Positions 43,903-57,575 of a DNA stretch of 64,000 nucleotides are shown here, in pieces; positions within the stretch are counted from its first letter, which is position 1, and the number at the start of each line of letters is the position of its first letter. The notes below the pieces were generated by a model. It made no database searches. It saw only the letters and a program-made list of their open reading frames with translations, and was not told the DNA's origin. The DNA is from Macrostomum lignano. Lineage: Eukaryota. The DNA lies in NCBI GenBank assembly GCA_002269645.1, contig NIVC01001192.1, forward strand, positions 1-64,000. The letters run 5' to 3'. Both the position numbers and the translations under genes were made by a program.

Positions 43903-43980
<78 letters not shown>
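42240..43980. repeat. Compound (GACA)n satellite with recurring AAAACACAGACGG variants
   Basis: Directly visible; lies between MVK and ASH2L. Confidence 0.97.
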
Positions 43981-44334
43981 ATTAATGCTAATAAAGGTGA
44001 GCAATGCTATTGAATGTACAGAAGGCATTCGCTGCGCTCACCAATGCCAATAAAAACAAACTACTAAGCCTAAAGCAGGCTATGGAGGACATTTTTGAAG
44101 CTGGAAGACTTCGACTTTATGGTTTATTCAAAAACCATTACCAATATTCGGAGTGAAAAAAGACAGTCGTAGAAGTCTCAGGCATTGCACACGCTCCAAC
44201 TTAGAATTTGGTTTCGACTAACATGTACTGCAACTGTGACTGTAACATTTAAATAAAATAAAACACATAGAAACCCAGATAGAAACTCAAAACGAGGAAA
44301 AGCAAAAACTGAATAAGGAATTGATTGTATCTGA

Positions 44335-45654
44335 TCAATCATCTTTGCTCCAAAGCTCTTCATCTTCAGCTGATGTCTCCTGCGGATCCTCGAGGCGAAC
44401 CCCGGGCTCGCCCAGCTGCACAGGCTGCAGTGAGGCGCACGCGGGGGCCAGCGAGTTCAACAACGCCTGCTGCTGGCAGGCTCCAGGAATAAAGATCAAA
44501 GCGCAGCCGCCGCCGCCCGCACCCGTAAGCTTGGCGGCGGCTCCGTGCGCCTCGGCGACCTGGCAAATGCCATCAAGCAAGGGGTGAGACACGCCCAGAC
44601 AGTCCAGGAGGCGCTGATTTAACCGCACCAAAGCCAGGTAGTCCGCCTCGTCCGTAGACGACGCCGTACCCGTTGCCATAGCAACCAACAGACGCCTGGC
44701 TGACTCGCTAACCGAATCGATTGCGTCGATAATTCGCCGGATCGAAGCGCCGAGGTTGGCAGAGTCGGCTAGCTGGCGAACCCCGGCCACCAGGCTGGCG
44801 GTGCTGCGGGCCTGGCCGGTGTCGGCCACGTACACAGTCGGTAGCGACACTCCGCTCGCCCTCAGTAAGCTATCGGCCTCTGGCAGCAGAGGAGTCGGAG
44901 GACCCGGCCGACGGTAGGCGATGAAACCGCCGCGCACAGAGCAGGCATTGTCGACGCCGCTAGGCCTGCCGTGGACCAGAGTCTCGGCGGCGAAGGCGGC
45001 GGCTTCCAGCCGTGACAGATCCAGCTGCTCCCGCCCGGCCAGCGCCTCGCAGATGGCGGCCAAAGCGGCCGCGTAGGCAGCCGAGGAGCCGAGGCCGCCG
45101 CCGATCGGCAGTTTGCCAGTAACTAGGAAAGCTACGTTGCCTAGCAACGGTGGCTTTAGCCAGGCGTAGACGGCGATAAAAGCGGCGAGGGCGAGGCGGC
45201 ACAGTTCGCGCTGCCGCTGCTCCTCAAACTGCTGGGCGTCCGCAACCCGTTTGGCCATGGCGCCGATGTTCGCAAGCTCAGCGTCGGAGAATGGCGGCTC
45301 GTCGCCTGCGGCTTCTGCCGGCTTCCCAATCGAAGCCTTGGCAACAGGGAATGCCGTCTCCAGTTCTGCAGAGTCTAAACAGGCTCGCATAGCCAGAGCG
45401 GGAAAGTTTAGCACAATGGGTCCGGCATGGGATCTGCTGTAGCTGCCAGAGTCCAGACTATCAGCTGGGCGCCATCTGGCCGTGATTCGGCATCGCTGAG
45501 AGATGGCGCCAGCAACGGCCAGAGCGCCATAGACAACAGCGTGTTCACCGTGTAGAATAACCTTGCCAGGGGCCGAGGCTGACACACTGCACCAGCCATC
45601 TCTAGCGACATGGCTATTCACAGTGCCAGTTTGTAGCTTGGACAAAGAAGTCAT
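44335..45654 (-). CDS. MVK: Mevalonate kinase (GHMP family), single coding exon, 439 aa
   Basis: SAPGKVILHGEHAVVYG, LPIGGGLGSSAA, HGRPSGVDN, LNQRLLDCLGVSHP, KLTGAGGGGC. AATAAA (minus) at 44128-44123. Confidence 0.95.
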   Translation of the reverse strand: MTSLSKLQTGTVNSHVARDGWCSVSASAPGKVILHGEHAVVYGALAVAGAISQRCRITARWRPADSLDSGSYSRSHAGPIVLNFPALAMRACLDSAELETAFPVAKASIGKPAEAAGDEPPFSDAELANIGAMAKRVADAQQFEEQRQRELCRLALAAFIAVYAWLKPPLLGNVAFLVTGKLPIGGGLGSSAAYAAALAAICEALAGREQLDLSRLEAAAFAAETLVHGRPSGVDNACSVRGGFIAYRRPGPPTPLLPEADSLLRASGVSLPTVYVADTGQARSTASLVAGVRQLADSANLGASIRRIIDAIDSVSESARRLLVAMATGTASSTDEADYLALVRLNQRLLDCLGVSHPLLDGICQVAEAHGAAAKLTGAGGGGCALIFIPGACQQQALLNSLAPACASLQPVQLGEPGVRLEDPQETSAEDEELWSKDD

Positions 45655-48600
45655 GAACAGATTTATTAATGCTTTGTTATTTGTGTGGCTAGATCAATTC
45701 AATTTATTCTCGCTCTTTCATACCTTGCACTAATAAGGTTAGTTAGTTATTCTAGTAAGGTGTCTTATATTTTTGTATGAATTCTACTAGACTAATTTTT
45801 AGTATTTATTAGCACTGAAATCATCTATAAACATAAACTATATGAATGCAACTTTAACCTTAAATAGTGGCATAACTAGAAATTTAACAAGAATAGATGC
45901 TAATAGATAGACCCAAAAGGGTTGCAAGCCTGTATTGTAGTGAACATTTTCTTGGCCTCTTCTTGCAATTTTTCAAGGTTCTAGACTTTATTTGACTGAA
46001 AAGTAATTGCGATATGGCCTATTTGATATAGTATTATATCATTATGAAGCTTTTATCATTATACTAGCAATTATATATGCAAAATGCCTAGCTAACCTGG
46101 CCAATCTAGTTAGGTAACAAGGTGATCAAGGTAGGTGTTGTGTAATAAGAGGTGACTAGAAAGTCAAACAGTCATTTTCAGGGCCATCCTAAAGTAACTT
46201 AGCAAATATGCAAGCTACAAGGAACACTATGATGTGGTCCAGTTTCCTAATACTAAAATAAATTCTCTCTTTGTTCCTACAGTGCACATTTGGCACAAAC
46301 CCATGTATTTTTCTTTCATACAACATAATAGTATTCTGTAAGTATATTGCAAAACTGATCAATGGAATACCAAAAAATTATAAGGAAGTTTTATATGATT
46401 GAACAAAATTTCTAAAATGAAAACTTTATACTTGTATAAGTGAATAAAAAATCAGAGAATTTAAATATCAAATATATAAAATTAAAACTAGGAAAAAATT
46501 AAATTGCATATAGGGGGCCTAGACTATTATAGAGCAAAGTTATATTGCAAAAAGGCTTTTTATAAATATGTTTTTTTTATTTTTATAGAAAACTATATTA
46601 ATTTGCTATTAGTTAGATTGCTTAGGTAATTTAGGAGGTTGGAAATATAGTTATATATCCTAGCAATCTTAAACCCTATTGAAGAAAACCTATTGCACAA
46701 AAAATGTATATCCTAATTTAGTAAGCAAATATATAGTAAATTGCAGAAAATTCTTTATAGTACAATATTAAAATTTTATTTTAGAAAGTTCTTAAATTTA
46801 TTTAAATGCTAACTTTAGTTCTGAAGTATTCATATAAAATTTATGTAAGTAAAAGTAGGCCCTATAATTATCTTTCTATGGTAATAATTCTTATAAGCAT
46901 GTTTTAAAGATTGGAATTTATAATTATTTATATTTATTGGTAACATGCTAAGCAATATTACTTAATAAATAGGCAGTTAGTAAACAACCTCTTCAAGTTT
47001 TGTTTCTACTAGATCTAATATTCTAAACCCAAAGAATCACTATCTAGCTCTTTATAGTAGTCTATTTTTGGCATTAAGCGAACTTATGACTGGTTCACAC
47101 TTCACAGTAAAGCAATACCAAAAATGTCCTATTTTTAACAAAGACTTAATTCTATTAAATATTGATGCACTCCTACAGGAAAAATCTATAAACAATGTTA
47201 GGCCCACTACCTAGTAGTAACAGCCATTGCTATCAAGCTAGGCCTAGCACTATTTTATTGAAATAATATCCCATAATCTAGCTTTGCACCTTGGAGGTCT
47301 AGTTCAAATTAGTATATATTATCTCCAAGAAAAGCAAGTTTTTTCTCTAATTGCTCATTTGGCAGTATATATCAGCTTAGTATTCAATTAGCTTGCCAAA
47401 ATAATTGCATAAATGCATTATATTAATCAAAAAGGCTATTAAAACATTTTTGCCAATGATAAAATTTGGCCTAGGACTAGTAGTAAAACCTTCTCTATAG
47501 CTAGGGACCTTAAACTAAATAAAATGGGCCTTAGCCCTAGGCCTAGTCTTTAACTGCATACTTGTAAGGTCTAGGCCTACAAAAAAGTAAAAAGTTATGC
47601 CTAGGCACCACTAGTTCTGTGATTATATTTTTTTGTCCCTGCCATTTTGCATAGCCATAGGTCTAGCTAGGCGCTAGGCCCTGGGGCTAACCGGCTAAGG
47701 CTAGGTCTAGTTGAAAGCTTAGCTAGCCTTTTAAATATAAACTATTTTAGGTCTACCTGGTACACATAACCTAACTTGTCCTGGGCTGGGACAATACTTA
47801 ATAGGCCTACTAGGCCTAGCAGAGGCCAGGCTGGCCAGGGCCATGGCCACTAGCTAGGGCCCAGGGCCAGGGGCAATTCAATACAGTTAAAAAAAATAGC
47901 TTCGTTTGTGAAATTTCGATTAAATCGAATTTATAATAATAATTAAAACATAAGCACAAGGAACTAATTTAGAAACAGTCATTGGGCTAAGAGTCTTCTC
48001 AATTGTCTGCCCATGTCATGATGAAATATGTATGTATGTGCAACAACATCATGCTGTAGAGCTAGAGCTAATGTGGGATGCCACAGTAATTGTTTGGACT
48101 CAGTTTTTAATAATTTTAAGCGCTATCAAAACTTTAATTTACTGACCCAACCACTGTCTTTTCACCCAAATTTTTGTCCATCGTCTGCCCAGCTCCCTTT
48201 CCCTTCCGTGGCCTGGTCGCGTCCCTTCGCTGTTTTTTGTCGTCCCTTTGTTGAAATTTTGTTATCCGCCCGGTGTCCCAATGTTTTTGAGCCGGTCCAT
48301 CCCGTGAATTTCTGCTTGCCCAGCGTTTGCTTCCAGTACTTGTCAGCCCCCTTTCGGGTATTTATTCTGCTAATTGTTGTGCCCAGTTTCTCATATTGTT
48401 TGTTTTGTTTGTTGGTGTTTTTTTCTCATATTCCTTTCCCCTTCCCCTTTCTTCCGTTTTTCTCACCCCCTACCGTTCCTCAACTAGTAAGCTTTGATTC
48501 ATTAAATTAGTGGTAATATTTTTATTGAATTAGTTTAGCGCCCCGGCGCCGCAAGAGCGAATTCATCTCGAGTGTCTAAATAATAGTAATATTAACTTTA

Positions 48601-50630
48601 TTCAGTGCTCGCCTGCTATTATCTTAACTAAGTTACCATAATAAACCGACATCCTTAAATAAGCTTTTAATTTCATTCGTTGAGCCATAGCTTCTCTTGA
48701 ATCATTTGCCCGTGGGGCGTAAAATAACCAAAGCTCTCATCTCAAAGAAAGCTCTGAGACTTATCCGTTCCGTAATACGTAAATTACGGTGGTGGCAGCA
48801 ACTACCCTACTGAAAGTAACCAGTTCAACACATCGGCGCATTAATTTACGGAGCCAGAAATCTCCGGTGTTTCATCGCTTTGAACGACCCGAGCCGCTAA
48901 ACGACCGCTCTGCTACGATTACGACTACCCTCCCCCCGGACTTGAGAACCCGGCAGCCGGAGTAAAAGGAGAAAGATTTTTCCTGTTGAGATTCGTCTGC
49001 GCGATTTTCCGGTTTTATTCGTGCGAACTCAACATTCGGCGGAAATTCAAACGAGGAATCCGCCCCACCTCACTGGTGTCAGCAAATTTTCAAAACCGAC
49101 CAATTTCCAAGGAAAATCTTCTCCACCCCCACCTCACTAACTTAATTTTCTTTTAAACCTCGTGGTTGCTTTCGTCAAATTTCAAAATTAAAATTTTGTT
49201 AAAAGCAGAAAAAAAATAATTTATTGTTTATTAGAAAAATATATTAAAAATAAGTCATAAGTGCATATTTTTAAATCGCTGAAGCAATCTGAAATTGTTT
49301 TACTCAGCAAGTAGGCGTATACTGTCAAGAACAACACTATTTTTAACTCTGTTGTACTGACTTTTTATGGCTTTCCATGGTGTTGACGAATTGCAAGCGT
49401 AAATGATATCTACGTTTCTTTCTATACGTTTCTAGAAAGCTATTTTCTTGATGATTATAATTATTGTTTCTTGGTTCTTCCTTTGAATGATCACAAAATA
49501 TATATTTGGCTCATTAATCCCGTAGCCGTAGCGTAGCTTTAACTTTAGATAACTGTGTATAGTTATAGTAGTTCTTGTAGATCGAAATTCCATAGGCTAA
49601 ACTCGTAAAAACTTGGATTTTTATAGAGTGGAGCTTCTAAAATTTCAAGTTTGTTGGACTTGGCAGTAGACTCGATAGCGTAGACAACGACGGGCAATCG
49701 TTTAATTTGTCTAGGCCGTCCATTTACATTAATAGAATATGGTACACTTTACCCTGTTAGAGTTTTAGCTAAAAATATTTTATCTACATATATTAAGTTT
49801 TGAATCATGCTAAAGCCTCGAGTTTGCTGTGCCAACACAAAGGCAAGAAATTATCGACTTATAAAATTTATGCTTAAATATAAAAAACAGCACGTTACCT
49901 CAGATTAGAACTTTGCAATCTTTCGAAGTTTAAATAAGCTCGTGTTATGCATTTAAAGAATAAATTCTGGGATCAATGACCCCAGCCTATGCTTTCATAT
50001 TTCATAGGGCTATTTAATTTTGATGTCGGCCAGTTATCTTCAAACGGCACTTGATTGAAATAGTCCAACGTGATGGGAAGATAATTTTGTTCAAGCTGAA
50101 ACTTTCCAAACTACTCCTAGGAAAATGAGATGGTCTAACATGTTTATTAAATGCTGGTTAACTAGCTGTTTTTTAGACTATTATTTGAATTTAATTTGAT
50201 TATGCCGTACGAGCTATTTACATTGACTATAGAAAAGCTTTGACTGCTCATCTTTAATAAACAATTAAATGTAGGAATTTCTGCTTCACAGTTTCTATTG
50301 ATTGGCATGTTAAAAAAAGCAGTCATGACACTCAAAGGTGCTAAATTTTCTCTCGGATGAGACAGGCGTTGAAGAATAGCTAAAAAAGCAGCCCCTTCCA
50401 TTTCCCAACAATTCTGAGCGCGCTTGGAGCCTTGGACCAATGGGCGATGATCCTTAATTATGATTGCCCACCCCTAGACGCCCACCTCCTCCCTCTATGT
50501 ATGACAGCGACCAATGCTGCAGGGACACACGCCGCTCCACCCCCAAGACAAACTCAGTAGAGATTTTATAAAAGCAGATTTTTCTCTTCAAGAAATCCTG
50601 CGCGGCCGGGAGCAGAGCTACTCAGGCGGC

Positions 50631-50895
50631 ATGTCAGCTCTAGACGCCGCCGTCTCAGTGCAGTCCCCGGCGGTCGCGTCTGATGCGGCGCACAAAACTG
50701 CAGCGCCGCCGTTAGTCGACTCGCTGCTCGTTTCCCGGGTGACATCGGAGATAAGCATCTCAGGAGGTCTGACGCTCACGAGTGTGGCGTGAGTGATCAT
50801 ACTGATTGTGGCAGGACAGACAGAATGACCGACAGACAGACAGACAGACACTAAGACAGACAGACAGATAGACAGACACACAGACACACAGACAC

Positions 50896-50958
<63 letters not shown>

Positions 50959-50965
50959 TACAGAA

Positions 50966-50996
<31 letters not shown>

Positions 50997-50997
50997 A

Positions 50998-51029
<32 letters not shown>

Positions 51030-51030
51030 G

Positions 51031-51066
<36 letters not shown>

Positions 51067-51125
51067 CACAGACAGACACTAAGACAGACAGACACACAGA
51101 CAGACACTAAGACAGACAGACACTA

Positions 51126-51172
<47 letters not shown>

Positions 51173-51778
51173 GCTCCAGTATGTAACTAGCTAGCTATAA
51201 TACCCCTATTTTATTGGTCATGCACACGGGGCATTCATTATTCGCAGGCAAAAAGTGGTGGAAAGGAAATTGGCAAACTTGACGAATCAAGCCGAGCTCC
51301 TCAAACGCGGATATTGCCTCGTTTCATTCGTTTCAATCAATTTTTAATGGCGCGGCCCGTCACGTTATGCCGGATATTGGGTGGATAATAATAGGAGAAA
51401 AAGTTCTCAAAGCAATTAAGCACATTGTTTGGGCGCACTCAGCTTTAAATCGTATCCAGCTCACTTCTCACTTTGGCCTTCTACTATGGGTTACCTCTGG
51501 ATCCCCGCAATCAGAGCAATCAGATTCAATAGTAATTTTTTGAACTCTTACAAATTAATTTAATCGAGACGTAACTTCGAGTACATGAGGTGCAAAGTTT
51601 GAATATTGTCTGCTAGATAATAATTTAGTGTGAAATGAATGATCAAAATTTATACGAATTTATTTAACCTTAAAAAATACACGTAACTTGTTCCTAGTTC
51701 TCAAGTACAAGGTACTCCAGTACTTTCTTAGACGTCTCCCAAAGTTAGTCAGTTAGTTAGTTAGTTAGTAAGTAAGTA

Positions 51779-51834
<56 letters not shown>

Positions 51835-51903
51835 GGTTAGTTAGTTAGTTAGTTAGGTAGTTAGTTAGTTAATTAGTTAGTTAGCTAGTTAGTTAGTTGG
51901 TTA

Positions 51904-51971
<68 letters not shown>

Positions 51972-51972
51972 G

Positions 51973-52022
<50 letters not shown>

Positions 52023-54469
52023 CACAGCAGTGGACCGGCAGACAGAGTGGAGGTAATTAAGTATATCCATTCAAGTGTATATACGATCTTTCTGTGCGCC
52101 TTCGGAATGAAACCCCAAATTATGACTACGTCTATGAATCGAACTCAGGACCTATTAGAGTACGTAGACTCACTAATCAAGATTTAATATGATTTCGGTA
52201 CGAGTACAGTTGTTGCCAACCTACACCACAATCCCAGAGAATTCCCAGACGATGAGTGCCTGATAGTCAGGGCGTCTCCAGACCGCAGTGTCTGGGCTGT
52301 CGGCCTCGCCAGCGGCCGGGTGCAGCTGCTCCGGGCTGCCGCCGACGCCGCTACAGTTGTCCAGACTCTATTCGACGCCGTCAGCCAGGAGAAGCAGGCC
52401 GTCACTGGGCTGGTCTTTCTTCCAACTGAACTGTCGCTAAAGAAGAGTCCGGGCAGCCTGCTGATTGCCAGCTACGCGACAGGACAGATCCGCTTTTGGC
52501 GCTACACAACTGCAGCCAGCCAGCAGCAGCAGCCGTCGCCTCCCCAGCTGCTCTGGACTCTCACCGAGGAGCGAAGTGTCGAGAGCGTCGGCGTCTCCGG
52601 ACCAGGCGGCGGTAGCAAGAATAATCAGATCCTCTGCCTGGCCTGCTCTGCCGACGGCCAGCGATTCCTTACCGGCGGGGCCGACGGCGGGATTCGGGTC
52701 TACGACACTCGACGTCGAGGCCTAAGCAATCTGTGCCAGGCGGGCAGCCTCACGGCTGGCCGGGTGGACGGTCACCGTGGCCGAGTCTGCGCCTTGACCT
52801 ACCATCCTCAGGGCAGGCGCCGGCCGGCCGAGTTCGGTCACCTGTTCGTGTCCGGCGGCTGGGACAACACTGTCCAGATTTGGGACGACCGTCGGCAGCG
52901 CAGCCTGTGGGTGTACTTTGGTCCTCACGTGTGCGGCTCGGACGCTATCGATGTTGACCCGGCGCAGGGCCATATTCTCACTGGCAGCTGGGAGCGGCAC
53001 AAATCCATGCTGCAGGTGATTGCCTTCAATGTTCCATTTACATGTACCCAGCTCAAAACTGTAGAATAATCGAAAAGTTATGAAGAAGACCAATTCACTC
53101 CCAAGTTGACTTTGAATTTTTATAGTTAGGCCGCTTCTCAATGAACGCACACCTGTAATCGGGCTGCAGGTGTGGAAATTCAACGAAGACGCGGCTCACG
53201 GCCGGCTCGATTTGGACGACAAATCGGTGCAGGAGGACATGCTGCGCGGCCGGCCGCTGGGCGAGCTACAGCAGGACCCTACTGGGACGCCGTCAATGGG
53301 CTACGTAGCCCAGTGGCTGGGCACTCAGTACATGGTCTTCGCTGGCAGCAACGCCAATGCACTGAAAATTGTGGACAGGAGCACGCTAAACGTACGTTGA
53401 TGCGTCCATCTTGAGGCCCTAAAATGATTTCACAAACTGAAGCGGAAGGGTAGCAGAAGTAGAAAAGTAGAAGGACGCGACACCTGTATCTCCAGAAAAT
53501 TTTTCGTAGGTGCGTTTTCTATTCTAAAAAATCTACTAGCGAGATAAACAAAAGTCAATTTTTGGAGCCTATAGGTTTACAACTTCAAGTTTCAGAGAAA
53601 AAATACGTCGTCGATTCAGAGACACCACAAGCCCAAATTTCAGAGTTCATTCAAAGTTTACACGAAGATGCTAACCCTGAGTTACGAATTTCATTATATA
53701 TGGAATAAGTTTGAATTATCATGGGTCCAAATATTCTCGCAAGCATGCACGAGTACATTGTAGACGGACTCAGTATTTTCCATGATCTAGCTGATTCGTT
53801 GCATGCGAACAAAAGCCATTGTTGCGACCACATTCAAATATTTATGACACTACACGGCGCTATAAAAGCTATAAAACACGGTATACTCGTATCCGGCAAA
53901 ATTAACTTGAAAACGTGCACGAGTGGCTTTCAATCGGACCTTCTTTGCCACGTCAGAGCTTGAGTTGGAATTTATTGCAGATCTGCACGAGAAGAAAAAT
54001 GGTAGCTGTAGGTTGCAAACTATACCGGTACCTTGCACCTGTACTTAAACTCACTGTATCAGAGAGCTGTATTGACAAGTTGTAAAATAATAAAATTACT
54101 TCCTAGGTAGCTAGGCACTCTAAATGATTGGAGTATGCTAAAGTGTAGTGACAGTGCCAAAATCTGTACACATGGTGCTACTGCCACCACACGGCACTAG
54201 CTAAACGTATCTACGTTTAAACATGTTACTTATAGCGTTTAACGTAATTAACCATCGAACGCAAACACCTGCAGATCGTAGCCGGTATTGTGAGCCTACC
54301 AAAAGGCGTCTATTCTCTGGCTTCTCTGCCGCAGGATTCTTCTAGCACTGGCCCAACTTCCGGCTCCATCGCTGGCGGCTCAAGCATTGGAGAAAGCAGG
54401 CGACTGGCTCACCGACTCGCCTTCTGCGCGGGAAATCGCCTCTACGTGATGAAGTTCGAACGTAAATGA
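50631..54469 (+). CDS. WD40-repeat protein, 4 exons, 450 aa
   Basis: Exons 50631-50788, 52238-53015, 53170-53391, 54275-54469 with consistent phases. WD motifs [47 protein letters not shown]. Acceptor TTTCTCTTCAAG at 50592 upstream of the ATG. Confidence 0.85.
50815..51172. repeat. (GACA)n microsatellite in WD40 intron 1
   Basis: Directly visible. Confidence 0.95.
51745..52020. repeat. (GTTA)n microsatellite
   Basis: Directly visible. Confidence 0.95.
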
Positions 54470-54555
54470 TTAATTATCACTGAATTGATTATGAAAATGA
54501 ACACTTCAATTTTTCACCATTAATTAGTTAGCTAATCTCATGCGTTGGTAGCGAC

Positions 54556-57500
54556 TTATCTCTGCAGCTTCGAGGTTGATCACAAGATTGGTCACAGACA
54601 GTAGCGAGTTATCTCTGTAGCTTCGAGGTTGATCACAAGATTGGTCACAGACAGTAGCGAGTTATCTCTGTAGCTTCGAGGTTGATCACAAGATTGGTCA
54701 CAGACAGTAGCGAGTTATCTCTGTAGCTTCGAGGTTGATCACAAGATTGGTCACAGACAGTAGCGAGTTATCTCTGCAGCTTCGAGGTTGATCACAAGAT
54801 TGGTCACAGACAGTAGCGAGTTATCTCTGCAGCTTCGAGGTTGATCACAAGATTGGTCACAGGCAGTAGCGAGTTATCTCTGCAGCTTCGAGGTTGATCA
54901 CAAGATTGGTCACAGACAGTAGCGAGTTATCTCTGCAGCTTCGAGGTTGATCACAAGATTGGTCACAGACAGTAGCGAGTTATCTCTGTAGCTTCGAGGT
55001 TGATCACAAGATTGGTCACAGACAGTAGCGAGTTATCTCTGCAGCTTCGAGGTTGATCACAAGATTGGTCACAGACAGTAGCGAGTTATCTCTGCAGCTT
55101 CGAGGTTGATCACAAGATTGGTCACAGACAGTAGCGAGTTATCTCTGTAGCTTCGAGGTTGATCACAAGATTGGTCACAGACAGTAGCGAGTTATCTCTG
55201 TAGCTTCGAGGTTGATCACAAGATTGGTCACAGACAGTAGCGAGTTATCTCTGCAGCTTCGAGGTTGATCACAAGATTGGTCACAGACAGTAGCGAGTTA
55301 TCTCTGCAGCTTCGAGGTTGATCACAAGATTGGTCACAGGCAGTAGCGAGTTATCTCTGCAGCTTCGAGGTTGATCACAAGATTGGTCACAGACAGTAGC
55401 GAGTTATCTCTGCAGCTTCGAGGTTGATCACAACATTGGTCACAGACAGTAGCGAGTTATCTCTGTAGCTTCGAGGTTGATCACAAGATTGGTCACAGAC
55501 AGTAGCGAGTTATCTCTGTAGCTTCGAGGTTGATCACAAGATTGGTCACAGACAGTAGCGAGTTATCTCTGTAGCTTCGAGGTTGATCACAAGATTGGTC
55601 ACAGACAGTAGCGAGTTATCTCTGTAGCTTCGAGGTTGATCACAAGATTGGTCACAGACAGTAGCGAGTTATCTCTGTAGCTTCGAGGTTGATCACAAGA
55701 TTGGTCACAGACAGTAGCGAGTTATCTCTGTAGCTTCGAGGTTGATCACAAGATTGGTCACAGACAGTAGCGAGTTATCTCTGTAGCTTCGAGGTTGATC
55801 ACAAGATTGGTCACAGACAGTAGCGAGTTATCTCTGCAGCTTCGAGGTTGATCACAAGATTGGTCACAGACAGTAGCGAGTTATCTCTGTAGCTTCGAGG
55901 TTGATCACAAGATTGGTCACAGACAGTAGCGAGTTATCTCTGCAGCTTCGAGGTTGATCACAAGATTGGTCACAGACAGTAGCGAGTTATCTCTGCAGCT
56001 TCGAGGTTGATCACAAGATTGGTCACAGACAGTAGCGAGTTATCTCTGCAGCTTCGAGGTTGATCACAAGATTGGTCACAGACAGTAGCGAGTTATCTCT
56101 GCAGCTTCGAGGTTGATCACAAGATTGGTCACAGACAGTAGCGAGTTATCTCTGCAGCTTCGAGGTTGATCACAAGATTGGTCACAGACAGTAGCGAGTT
56201 ATCTCTGTAGCTTCGAGGTTGATCACAACATTGGTCACAGACAGTAGCGAGTTATCTCTGATGCTTCGAGGTTGATCACAAGATTGGTCACAGACAGTAG
56301 CGAGTTATCTCTGCAGCTTCGAGGTTGATCACAAGATTGGTCACAGACAGTAGCGAGTTATCTCTGCAGCTTCGAGGTTGATCACAAGATTGGTCACAGA
56401 CAGTAGCGAGTTATCTCTGCAGCTTCGAGGTTGATCACAAGATTGGTCACAGACAGTAGCGAGTTATCTCTGCAGCTTCGAGGTTGATCACAAGATTGGT
56501 CACAGACAGTAGCGAGTTATCTCTGCAGCTTCGAGGTTGATCACAAGATTGGTCACAGACAGTAGCGAGTTATCTCTGCAGCTTCGAGGTTGATCACAAG
56601 ATTGGTCACAGACAGTAGCGAGTTATCTCTGTAGCTTCGAGGTTGATCACAAGATTGGTCACAGACAGTAGCGAGTTATCTCTGATGCTTCGAGGTTGAT
56701 CACAAGATTGGTCACAGACAGTAGCGAGTTATCTCTGCAGCTTCGAGGTTGATCACAAGATTGGTCACAGACAGTAGCGAGTTATCTCTGCAGCTTCGAG
56801 GTTGATCACAAGATTGGTCACAGACAGTAGCGAGTTATCTCTGCAGCTTCGAGGTTGATCACAAGATTGGTCACAGACAGTAGCGAGTTATCTCTGTAGC
56901 TTCGAGGTTGATCACAAGATTGGTCACAGACAGTAGCGAGTTATCTCTGTAGCTTCGAGGTTGATCACAAGATTGGTCACAGACAGTAGCGAGTTATCTC
57001 TGCAGCTTCGAGGTTGATCACAAGATTGGTCACAGACAGTAGCGAGTTATCTCTGTAGCTTCGAGGTTGATCACAAGATTGGTCACAGACAGTAGCGAGT
57101 TATCTCTGCAGCTTCGAGGTTGATCACAAGATTGGTCACAGACAGTAGCGAGTTATCTCTGCAGCTTCGAGGTTGATCACAAGATTGGTCACAGACAGTA
57201 GCGAGTTATCTCTGCAGCTTCGAGGTTGATCACAAGATTGGTCACAGACAGTAGCGAGTTATCTCTGTAGCTTCGAGGTTGATCACAAGATTGGTCACAG
57301 ACAGTAGCGAGTTATCTCTGATGCTTCGAGGTTGATCACAAGATTGGTCACAGACAGTAGCGAGTTATCTCTGATGCTTCGAGGTTGATCACAAGATTGG
57401 TCACAGACAGTAGCGAGTTATCTCTGTAGCTTCGAGGTTGATCACAAGATTGGTCACAGGCAGTAGCGAGTTATCTCTGTAGCTTCGAGGTTGATCACAA

Positions 57501-57575
57501 CATTGGTCACAGACAGTAGCGAGTTATCTCTGTCGCTTCGAGGTTGATCACAAGATTGGTCACAGGCAGTAGTGA
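54556..57575. repeat. 53-bp satellite array, about 57 highly similar copies
   Basis: Unit TTATCTCTGYAGCTTCGAGGTTGATCACAAGATTGGTCACAGACAGTAGCGAG; period measured 54609 to 54662. Confidence 0.97.

Noticed and set aside
48028-48510. 160-aa ORF in a pyrimidine-rich stretch
   Set aside because: Low-complexity composition, no domain motif and no splice support.
51745-52020. (GTTA)n as an interstitial telomere
   Set aside because: It is not TTAGGG or a known variant; an ordinary tetranucleotide repeat.
54556-57575. CRISPR-like appearance of the 53-bp array (and the 35-bp array at 33802)
   Set aside because: Units are contiguous with no unique spacers, there are no cas genes, and the context is eukaryotic.
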